Assembly (NCBI GenBank): GCA_002633005.1
Contig: NMRA01000830.1
Location: 65,699 to 129,698, forward strand
Source: Phoronis australis
Taxonomy: Eukaryota; Animalia; Phoronida
DNA: 64,000 nt
Direction of reading: 5' to 3'
Below are positions 12,901 through 24,900 of this stretch, piece after piece. The notes under the pieces were generated by a model. The model searched no databases and was not told where the DNA came from. It saw only the letters and a program-made list of their open reading frames with translations. Numbering within the stretch: position 1 is the first letter of the stretch; every line of letters begins with the position of its first letter. A program made the position numbers and the translations under genes.

Positions 12901-15900
12901 TTCATTTTTAATGCCCGTCTACTTTTTTCTCTTATCGGGAAAGGGTTAGTTAATATCTTTTTATTTTATTCATAAACTGGAAGTACCAAAACAGTGTTGG
13001 ATTTTGATTACCAGCGAAACTTAATTAGTTCAGTAAATTTCAGCTCAGTTAATTGTAAACCCATCCCTGAACCTTCCAGATTTCAGAAAGCTACTAGACA
13101 TATCACAGCAAACAAAACTACCTTTTTTTAAGTCATAAAAAATGAAAGGGCACAATTTGAATACAGCTGTATCCGAGTTAAAAATCTGGTCAAACGAGAT
13201 TGAAAGAATATTAAAAGAATAATCCATGCGATATTGTCAACTTTGATCAGTGTTTGTAAATCCACAGAGTATATCAATGTTCACAGTCGTTTTGCTTCAA
13301 TCGTACCCAATTTTGTAGTTATTGGCTTATGAGTTCATCGGTTTTTAAAAGTCGAAATCCTTGCTTAGTTACTTTTTCCAGATGACTACCGCAGTGGTGT
13401 TTGTCTTTAACGAAAGTTATTAAAAAATTTTGTAAATGCATTTTGAAAACTCCCATCATGTACAGGCAGAGATGTTTACTACAGTTTAGGTTTCAGGTAA
13501 TTATACACTTACCTGTAATGGGGTTTATCTCCCATGTGTGGGATAATGCCCTCTTCACAACTGTAGTGTTCATTACTTGACTATAGGTCTATTTGTGTCC
13601 CTATACAATCATTCATTGATAGTTTGAGCTGTCTAAGTACCACAATGTTTGTAAACAGAACACTAATGAGCCTGTAGTAATATGGCCCCACAAAATAGTT
13701 TAGGTTGGGTGGGTCAGTGAGCTGTATGTGGACCAACAAAGGATTAATCTAGACTGTGAACACTCATAATAGAATAAGTGATCACACTGATACCAAGGAA
13801 ACAGCAGTGACAAAAGATTAAAGTGAATTCCTAGACAAGTTAACAACAAATACAGATCTCTTATGATACTGGATGGAGACTTCAGTGAAATGAAACGTGT
13901 AATTGTTATAAAGTTGATGCATATATATTAATACACAAAGAATAGCTTTAGAAAAACATGTCAAGATAAACAGAGCATTTTATTATTGAATTTTGAGGCG
14001 ATACTTGTGTTCGCAGTTGAATTTTACGTACATTTTGTTATGATAATTGTGAACTTGAAGCGTTTATTAATGCGCATGACATGGCTTAGGAAAAACATGT
14101 CAAGATATGGAGGCAATTTGATTTTGAATTTTCTAATGTCACTCATGGTAGGTGCAGTAGTTGTTGACTTGTGCACCTACATACCCTGTATTTATATGTG
14201 CACAACAATTAAACATTCTGATATACAGGCTTGAATTTTGCATTTTCTACTTGATTTGATCAGCGTTGTTTATAGGGGCTGTCAGTTGTCTCAACTCAGA
14301 TCCCACATCATCTACTAAATAACGGGCATTTTCTTGTAATTTGCTACTGAGAGAAAGTTTCGCTACCACCACCGCATCTACTGAATAATGGGCATACTCT
14401 GTGTATATGACTATATGTGATGCAACAGACAGCGGTACTTGGGCCCCATCAACTAAATAACAAACATCCTGCTTGTAAGTGACTATTTTGATGAAACAGA
14501 CACTAGTAGTTGGTTCACATCTAATTAAACTAATTACCCCCTTTTGTGGCCGAGACATCATCCAAACTCCATCCCACATGTCATGAACATATCCACTACC
14601 ACAAGAAACTGTAGGAACACTGCATTTATCCACCTTCACTCTTATCAGGCTTCTATTGTGAGTCAGCATGCGTGAATAATTGGCTGATAAGCCACCTCTG
14701 GAACTACTTTTGGCTGAATGGATGACCAGGCCATAAAATGATAATTAGCCAAGACCAGTTACTAATGCAACAAAGAACAATGTTGTAGCATCACCTAGCC
14801 TTGGTGGAAAGCTGTATACTGTATAGGCTCTAATAAACGCTTAGAAAAATTCATTTCACNNNNNNNNNNNNNNNNNNNNNNNNNNNNNNNNNNNNNNNNN
14901 NNNNNNNNNNNNNNNNNNNNNNNNNNNNNNNNNNNNNNNNNNNNNNNNNNNNNNNNNNNNNNNNNNNNNNNNNNNNNNNNNNNNNNNNNNNNNNNNNNNN
15001 NNNNNNNNNNNNNNNNNNNNNNNNNNNNNNNNNNNNNNNNNNNNNNNNNNNNNNNNNNNNNNNNNNNNNNNNNNNNNNNNNNNNNNNNNNNNNNNNNNNN
15101 NNNNNNNNNNNNNNNNNNNNNNNNNNNNNNNNNNNNNNNNNNNNNNNNNNNNNNNNNNNNNNNNNNNNNNNNNNNNNNNNNNNNNNNNNNNNNNNNNNNN
15201 NNNNNNNNNNNNNNNNNNNNNNNNNNNNNNNNNNNNNNNNNNNNNNNNNNNNNNNNNNNNNNNNNNNNNNNNNNNNNNNNNNNNNNNNNNNNNNNNNNNN
15301 NNNNNNNNNNNNNNNNNNNNNNNNNCCCACCAATAGCTATTACCAATAGTCAGTGATGAGATGTGCCCACCAATAGCTATTACCAATAGTCAGTGATGAG
15401 ATGTGCACACTAATAGCTATTACCAATAGTCAGTAATGAGATGTGCCCACCAATAGCTATTACCAATAGTCAGTGATGAGGTGTGCACACCAATCCTTGG
15501 AAAAATGTGACAGTTTGCTTATTTTTAGTGTATATCGTACCATGTGTATGTACGAAAGTGCACAAAAAAATTTCGTGACATACCACGTCAAAACTTACCT
15601 GCTTGGTCAGTTCTGATGGTACTGGCATCCCCATAACTGGAACAGCCAATGACATTGCACACTTTAACAACTACTGAATAGTGCGTGTATGGTCGCCGTC
15701 CAATCACATTCATGTTAGTTGTGTCACTGCTGTAAATAGCTGATTCATTGTTTGTCAGATCAGTTACCATGACTCTGTAATTGGTGAACTCTCCATTCAT
15801 ATCTTTACACAAGACTACGTTCCATGACACTGTGAATTGCCTGGCTTTGACATCACTTATAGCTGGTGCTGCAATTCTGTTGTCTGGAACTGGAAGATAT

Positions 15901-18900
15901 GTTACTATCATTAAATAACAAGGACAAGAAAACAAGAAACTAAGAAACCAACCACAACAAGAATAGTAACAAGAATAAGAATAAGAATAAAATGTAATGA
16001 TGATAATAATAACACTAATAATAATAAGAACAATACTAATAACAATAATAATAAGAAGAATTAGAACAAGAAGAACAACAAAAACAAGAATAAATATAAT
16101 AAGAATAATAATAATCAGAATATCGATAAGAAGAAAAAGAATAAGAATAAGAACAATAAAAATAAGAATAGGGATGAGAATGATTGACCGTTGGAGCACG
16201 TGCTCATAACTTTAAAATAATTTTGTTTTTATTAAATACCCTTGTTCAACTAACGCTCACCCTCTGATTTGTGTGCTCCAAGGTTTAACGCTTTGGGTGG
16301 CAAATAGCATAGGAACAATGTTTCTATGTTTGAAGTCACCTCAAGTCATACATTTATGCAGGATGATTTCTCAATAACATTACACAGTGAACTGACATTG
16401 TTTTACTTCACTGTTCCTCAACTCAACATCATTTACTTCCCATACAAACCTGACGCTGACGTATGTCTCTGTATCTGCTGGTAGCTCCCTCCACCTTCAT
16501 TCGTGAAAGCTCTGACTCTTATCCTATAGTCAGCGTTCGACTCAAGTGATCCAAGAACCTTCTGAAATGTTCCTGCATTTGGTGTTTCACTAATATCATA
16601 ACTGTCTTCGACTACGATGGTTGGGCAGGACAGTCTTTTCACCAACTTATGTTCAACTTGATATTTTGCGATGACACCATTTGGAATATCTGGGAGACTC
16701 CAAGATACTATAATGGAGTTGGCACTCCGAAAGATGACTTCCAGATTTCCAACAGGGCCAGGTACTGAAATTATAAATTCACACAATACAGTGTTCTTCA
16801 ATAGGTCCCAGCACCAGAATAAGTTCATGTATAAGGAGCCTCCTACTGAAATTATGTATCAATTATTGAAAAACAACTTCCTCAACATGTCCCAGAACTG
16901 AAATAATGAATCAATTCATACGTAGTGCTCTTCAACAGGTACTGGTACTTAAATTGTGTATCAATTCATATATACAGTGTTCCTTGACAGGTCCTGGTAC
17001 TCAAATTATGAATTAATTCATATATACAGCGTTCCTCATCAGAACACATTACTGAAACTTTTAGTGTGAGATGCACATAAAATGATTTACGATAATTTCA
17101 AGATTATAACATATGTTAAGGTGAATGTGCACCAGACAAAGCATTCAAAATTTCATGTCTATATAGCCCTGCCCTGGTACTAACTATATCTGACATTTCA
17201 AACTCTGATCTCATGTGAGTCACTTAATCATTAAGAAAATGACCAAAAGGAACATGGAGCGTTGAAATGCACCCACGACTCCACCGCAAACGGTGTGCTT
17301 CTAGAAGAGTTCTTAATCATAAAAAATGGCCATTAGAGGGCACAGAATACACTGTGAACCCATCTGCAAATGGGAATCTGTCGTCGTTTCTCAAAGCTAT
17401 TTGCCAAATTTCAGGAAATCCATCTCAAGATTTCAAAGATACAATAAGGTAAACGTAAAAAAAACAAATTGCCATTAAGAACCAAAGTAGGAATACAATT
17501 GCAAGGGGAGATACAGCAGTAGAAACAAAATAAAATATCACTCATTGAACAGAGTCGCCAGCATGGTCAAGATAAGACAGCCACACTAAACCTTACAATG
17601 AGTAGCAGAAACTCAGACATTAAGCATCTGAAACAAAAAAAAACATTTTAAAATAATATTTTGAAAAACAACTAATTTTCTGCTCTCTAACTCAAATCTG
17701 GACAGCCTTTCCATGGGCGCAGTTGTAGGGCCTACTCAAGCCACAGAACTGTAACCTCTGCTTAACATGAAAGCATGCATGAGCAGGTCTACAGTCGCCA
17801 CTTAACTATGAGTAATTAATACACAATCTATAAGGAGCGAAGCATGGTCACAGAATAATTAATACACAATCCATACAGAGTGCAGCATGGTCACAGAATA
17901 ATTAATACACAACCCATACAGAGTGCAGCATGGTCACAGAATAGTTAATACACAATCCATACAGAGTGCAGCATGGTCACAGAATAATTAATACACAATC
18001 CATACAGAGTGTAGCATGGTCACAGAACAGTTAATACACAATCCATATAGAGCGCAGCATACGGTCACAGATCACCTAAACACTACAGTTGATTCAGCTC
18101 TAGGGCTGCTCTTCGCAGAAGGGTAATATTACTCTGCAATTTTGTAAATTTACCAATCCAAAAAGCATATGCACAAAATGTTTTTTCTGATGCCTACTGT
18201 ACGAACTAAAGGAGACGCCATATTTCAAGGGCTGCGTACGAACTAATAGAACTGTTAGAGAAAACATCAAACCCTACACAGTGCACGGTGTTTTATTGTA
18301 GAACAGTGAACTTGTTTACTACACCTTACTTGGATGACAACCAACGAGCACATGACACCATGTGGTTGGTTGACATCCAACATAATTTCGTAAAGCTATT
18401 AAGGGAAAAATAGTTGGTTACTTGGCTGACATCAGTGAAATGAAATGTGTAATTGTTATAAAGTTGGTGCATATATATTATACACAAAGAATAGCTTTAG
18501 AAAAACATGTCAAGATAAACAGAGCATTTTATTATTGAATTTTGAGGCGCCACTTGTGTTCGCAGTTGAATTGTACATACATTTTGTTATGATAATTTTG
18601 AACTTGAAGCGTTTATTAATGCGCATGACTTGGCTTAGGAAAAACATGTCAAGATATGGAGGCAATTTGATTTTGAATTTTCTAATGTCACTCATGGTAG
18701 GTGCAGTAGCTGTTGACTTGTGCACCTACATACCCTGTATTTATATGTGCACAACAATTAAACATTCTGATATTCACAGGCTTGAATTTTGCATTTTCTA
18801 CTTGATTTGATCAGCGCTGTTTATAGGGGCTGTCAGTTGTCTCAACTCAGATCCCACGTCATCAACTAAATAACGGGCATTTTCTTGTAATTTGCTACTG

Positions 18901-21900
18901 AGAGAAAGTTTCGCTACCACTACCGCATCTACTGAATAACGGGCATACTCTGTGTATATGACTATATGTGATGCAACAGACAGGGGTACTTGGGCCCCAT
19001 CAACTAAATAACAAACATCCTGCGTGTAAGTGACTATTTTGATGAAATAGACACTAGTANGTTGTAGCATCACCTAGCCTTGGTGGAAAGCTGTATACTG
19101 TATAGGCTCTAATAAACGCTTAGAAAAATTCATTTCACGGGGAGGGGACGCTCATTGTAGCCTACGGCAGTTGAAACTCGGTTTCCCAAACGGGTAAAAT
19201 CGGAAGCTAGGATTCATCAAATTTACGCTCTGTGACGTATTTGTAGCCTATGACAGTCTTTCTACAAAATTGAGGTGCATTGCTATCAACTTCCGTTGTT
19301 AAATTACGATAATTTTTCAAAAAATTGTGCTCTTCACAGGGCGAAAACTTGCCGACTGATGCGTCGCTGAATCGCAATCGTTAATAGGAAAACTTGAACT
19401 CTTGAATAAAAACATATTCATGATAGCAAGTAGCGGCATAAATTCAAGAAAATAACTACGGTTTTAAAACTTGACATGTTTCGGTGTCATTTATTAAACA
19501 CCATCCTCAGAAGTCATAAATTCAAAGTTGTACTTAGATTTTTTTCGCTCCTCTTTTAAAATATAACAGTAAAAACTACGTAAAACTCTCTCCATAAAAA
19601 GTACAGTCTTCTACGCTAGATTGTAATCAGCTGATCATATCCACATGAGCAAAGCCAATTATCCTCGCTCGTGACTCGATGAATAGAGCAGCTTGGCAGC
19701 ATCCCGTTGATCGTGAGCAGAGCGCGACTCAGCCAAGGTGGATAAATACGGTCTAGTTCAATCAGCCAAACTCCACCGTTTACCCTTATAGGCGGAGTTT
19801 GGGCCAATCTTATTTAGTGGGAATGTTTATAGCATACAGATATTTAATGCACCAACGAGTTGGACATTTGTTGACTCAAGAGTTCATCACAAGTCAAGGT
19901 TTTGAAGCAATTAGTAGCAGCATGAGAGATTAAAGCAGATATTACCAGTATGGTCAGTCGAGATCAATAAAGTGATGAGATGTGCCCACCAATAACTATT
20001 ACCAATAGTCAGTGATGAGATGTGCCCACCAATAGCTATTACCAATAGTCAGTGATGAGATGTGCACACCAATAGCTATTACTAATAGTGATGATATGGG
20101 CACACCAATAGCTATTACCAATAGTCAGTGATGAGATGTGCCCACCAATAGCTATTACCAATAGTCAGTGATGAGATGTGCNNNNNNNNNNNNNNNNNNN
20201 NNNNNNNNNNNNNNNNNNNNNNNNNNNNNNNNNNNNNNNNNNNNNNNNNNNNNNNNNNNNNNNNNNNNNNNNNNNNNNNNNNNNNNNNNNNNNNNNNNNN
20301 NNNNNNNNNNNNNNNNNNNNNNNNNNNNNNNNNNNNNNNNNNNNNNNNNNNNNNNNNNNNNNNNNNNNNNNNNNNNNNNNNNNNNNNNNNNNNNNNNNNN
20401 NNNNNNNNNNNNNNNNNNNNNNNNNNNNNNNNNNNNNNNNNNNNNNNNNNNNNNNNNNNNNNNNNNNNNNNNNNNNNNTTTAAAATAATATTTTGAAAAA
20501 CAACTAATTTTCTGCTCTCTAACTCAGATCTGGACAGCCTTTCCATGGGCGCAGTTGTAGGGCCTACTCAAGCCACAGAATTGTAACCTCTGTTTCACAT
20601 GACAGCATGCATGTGCAGTTTTAGTCAGTAATTAACACACAATCCATAAGGAGCGAAGCATGGTCACAGAATAATTAATACACAATCCATACAGAGTGCA
20701 GCATGGTCACAGAACAGTTAATACACAATCCATTGGGAGTGCAGCATGGTCACAGAATAAATAGTAAACAACCCATACATAGCGCAGCATGGTCACAGAA
20801 TAGTTAATACACAATCCATACAGAGCGCAGCATGCCGTCACATATCACCTACACACAGTTTATTGAGACATGAAAGCCAGAGGTCAATTTGATGCAAAGT
20901 TAGCTCCTGTTGAGGTTTGAACAGCAAGTGGCCGCGTTCAGCCTCATTCACTAGTCTGCAGGGGTACAGGCTAGTATTATTTGTAAGTGTTTATAGCTTG
21001 TACAGTTTACATATACACTGCCAGGTGTCCTTGCAGTTCAGTTCTCTACATGCTCAGTCTCGATGCAAGAGTGTTCAGCTTTGCGTCTCTTTACAGAACT
21101 CATTAACATGTTGGCAGCGGCAGGATCAACTCAGGGAACTCAGTGAAATGCCGATCAAAGACAAGTACTGCTGAACTTTGTGAATTTGACTTGTTAATAG
21201 GTGACCTTGCGTATCATGGTATCAAAAATGGCGGAGAGCAGTTTAAGGTTACCACCACCGATCTGTCTGACAAGTATAAATTTAGCGGACGATTTCAAAA
21301 AGTGGAAACAACAGTTATATATGATGTACAAGCTCCACTGCGCCAGACCTGAGGTCATTGAAATGGCCAAATATTTCAAATACTCGGTAGATGCTCACAA
21401 AGAAGACCCAGTGAAGGTACTAGAACAATTGGAAGTTTACTGTGCTCCTAAACAAAACAATGTCAAGCAAATATTTTGCTTTTAGCAAATCAAATATCAG
21501 GAGCCATTTGACAAATTTCTGACTGAAATCCGCTCACAGGCAGAATGGTGCGATTTCAGAGATAGTAGTGACAGAATGAGACAAAATTGTTCCATCTGCA
21601 CCGACCATGTTACAAGAAAGATTGCTCAGAGAAAACAATTTAACCTTGGTCCAATGTATCGACACATGTCGCGCTTTTGAGATATCCATTCACGGTGTGG
21701 GAGAGATGAGAGCAAAAACAGATCAAATTCAGAAAATCATCACTTCTACACGTAAACCTCTGCCACGCACTCCTAAAACTAATGGTAGTAGTAATGATTG
21801 AATGATGTACTGTAAATTTTGCAGAAAAAAACACAAACCTGGAAAAAGTTTTGTCCTGCATCAGGAGCAAAGTTTGGTCAAACTGTAAGAAAATAATCAT

Positions 21901-24900
21901 TTCAAAGCGAAAACAGTCTTCCGTGCCATTTTGTCACTGTTAAAAACAAAGTCTCTGAAATTACTCTGTTAGCATACTATGACAGCAGCCATAACGGTTT
22001 AGGCGCTGTGATCATGCAACATGATTACGGCGCGGAACACTATTTTCTGGCTTGGTATGCCCCGTGAGATCAAACAGCTCGTGGATGAATGCGAAACGTG
22101 CCAGATCATGAAAGCCTCAAACCCAAAGGAGACATCGAGACAATCATACAATGGAAATTGTGTATTGTGGGAAACCATCGGTCAACTTATTCGAGATCTC
22201 CGGTCGACACTATCTTGTTGTTGTCGACTATGCATCAAACTTCATTGAAGTCAATCTGCATACATACTTGACATCTAAGTTTGTCTTAAACTGTCTGAAG
22301 AGACATTTCCCACGATACGGTGTACCAACACGCATTGTGTCCGACCGCAGTACACAGTTCACGGGTGATGAAATTCGTCTATTTGCTACGACCAGGGGAA
22401 TGCACCATGGACATCAACAAGCTAACGGGAAGGCGGACTCTGGAGTTAAAATCATTAAGACGACATAAGAAATGTGTCCAAGATGGTTCCGACCAATACC
22501 TTACATTATTGGAACTGCGTAACACAACGTGGCAAGAAACCAACCAAAGTCCGGCAGAAATGATTTTGGTCGACAAACCAGGTCGCATATTCCATCATTG
22601 GCAGTTATGCATGGTGATGGCAAACTCAATGTCGATGTGGGAAAGCAATGAAAATACCACGACCGTATTAAGTGTTCACAATATGATAGGCATGCTAAGG
22701 ATTTAACTGTTCTTGATGAAGGTCAACCAGTGTGTTTTCAGCATACCAACAGTAAATATTGGGACAGCAGAGTAGTTGCCAAACAACTGAAGGATCACTC
22801 GTACTGTATTCGTAGCCACCTCTGAGCTGATTATGTCCAAAACCATCATCATATCCGATTGGACATAGAGCAATCTCCTAAAGAGCATTTCGAGGAACTG
22901 ATCGCTCTAGGTATCCCGGAAACCGATGCGTGTGAAAATTCAACTACTACAGATGATACCAGTACTCACATCCGACCCTCTGGACAACGTTTCAAGGATT
23001 ATGTTAGATGTTTACTTTAATTTGTTGTAAGATTTTCTCGTTTCATGGATTGAATGAAAACTGACATTACATGAGTTTTCTTCTTTTTAGAAAAGGGGAT
23101 GTTTATAGCTAGTATAGTTTACATATACACTGCCAGGTGTCCTTGCACTTCAGTTCTCTGTATGCTAAGTGTCGATGTAAAAGTGTTTAGCTTTGTGTTC
23201 ATAATTAAACTAGTTAGCAAATGATCGGTGTCTCTTTACACAACTCGTTAACAGTCAGCCAGGAGTGTGGATTCTGCAGGAGGAAGTTACATCTGAGAGT
23301 GTGAGAGATCCATCTAGTATCAACTGGAGGACATCAAGTCAAAGTAGCATGGACGCAAAATGACCTGATCTTGAAATAAAATGTTATTTCAGTTCTAGCA
23401 CAAGTAAGAAATTTTGCCACTCAACGAGTTTTTAGTTCAAAGTGTGCGAACTTGACTATTTGAGACGAATACGGACTTAAATGAACAAGCAATGTGATGT
23501 AGACGATTGCCAAGGTGTAAGCGACCAATCAAACAGACTCCAAGTGTAATGGGATGGCCTACCTATTTCAATATATTCCAAAATATGGCTTGCCCATGAA
23601 ATTGATTGATCAAGCTGTTAGTATAGAACATTATCACATGGAAATGGATGAACTTTGTAATACACAAGCTCCATTAGATGACTTGTACATCCACAACTCT
23701 CAATGAGAATGAAATTGAGTTCCAAGCAGACTGTTATATATTTAAACTGACATTCCTCCACATTTTGGTTGAAGGAAAGTGACTGGGTTTGAACAGTTAT
23801 GAAACAGTTGTGTGTCAGCGAAATTGCTTGAATTGATATTCCGTGCACTCCACGGAGACCATGTACTTCAACTAGAGTGAACTGTAGATTACAAATTAAA
23901 TATTAATCCAATCAACAATGCATAATTACGCAATCAGTGCAAAAATTTCCCTCTCAGCAAGCCACCACATTTGTAAGGAAAGCTATAACCACTCCCAAGT
24001 CAAGAAAATGGATCAACCCGACATATTTGTAGGGATGGATCAACTAGTAATGGTTTTAGACCTGTCCCTAATGAACCAAATTCCCGTCACATGTAACTTT
24101 ATGCTCCCTGGAATTTGACCCACTTAGGAAGCACATACCGCTATAACCACTCCCAAGTCTATATTCTACATTTCATGAAACAATAGTATCCTTGGGAGGA
24201 TCTGGATCGCCTTATTTAGTTTTCAGATATATTTTATATTAAGAAATTCATGGGAGAAAAGAAATGCCACCAGATTCATACATCCTTGTAATGCCTTTAT
24301 TACAATACCTTTGCTTGAAAACACACACAGTTACACACACGCCAAAACACACACATGGAGATGTGATTTCAGAATCTTATGTCCATTCCAACATGGATTG
24401 TTAATAACTTTTACTTTACCTGTTTCAGCGGTTGTTATATCCATAACCTTTGCTACTGATTGAAAGGACATATCATTAACTACTGTGACTTCAACATCAT
24501 ACCGCCAGAATACATATTGACAACCACGTCTCTGAAAGGAGTTAGACAGGGAGACCCAATTTCACCTAAACTGTTTACACTGACAATGGAAGAAATCTTC
24601 AAATCTTCAGACCTTCAAAGGGGAGTAAACATAGACGGAGAACATCTAACAGACCTAAGATTTGCAGATGATGTTGCCTTGTGCACAGAAGACATAATAC
24701 AATTAGAAACAAATTTAAATGTACTGAATGAAGAAAGCAACAATGTGGGATTAAAGATACACAAGGACAAGACAAAGTACATGACAAATTTTGAAAAAGA
24801 TGAACAAGTAATGGTGGAGAACAAGATCATTCAGAGAGTCACACAATATAAATACCTCGGACAAATTATACAAATGGGAAACCGTATGACCAATGAAATA

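Noticed and set aside
13513-13560. Possible 48-nt phase 1-1 exon (VVKRALSHTWEINPIT)
   Set aside because: Strong donor but weak acceptor and no motif support.
14247-14669. 140-aa ORF (partial copy at 18798-19073) as an exon of the receptor
   Set aside because: No recognisable domain, runs to a stop with no convincing donor, and its 5' part is repeated at 43937-44070.
15890-16209. Hydrophobic signal/TM-like ORF extension and opposite-strand Ile/Arg ORF
   Set aside because: Translation of an AAT/AAG microsatellite; the real exon starts at 15889.
11864-20546. Long X-containing ORFs
   Set aside because: Artefacts of the N gaps at 11904-12129, 14860-15325 and 20182-20478.
23618-23885. Possible decayed exon between FN3 exons
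   Set aside because: Stops in the phase-compatible frame and no clear FN3 motif.
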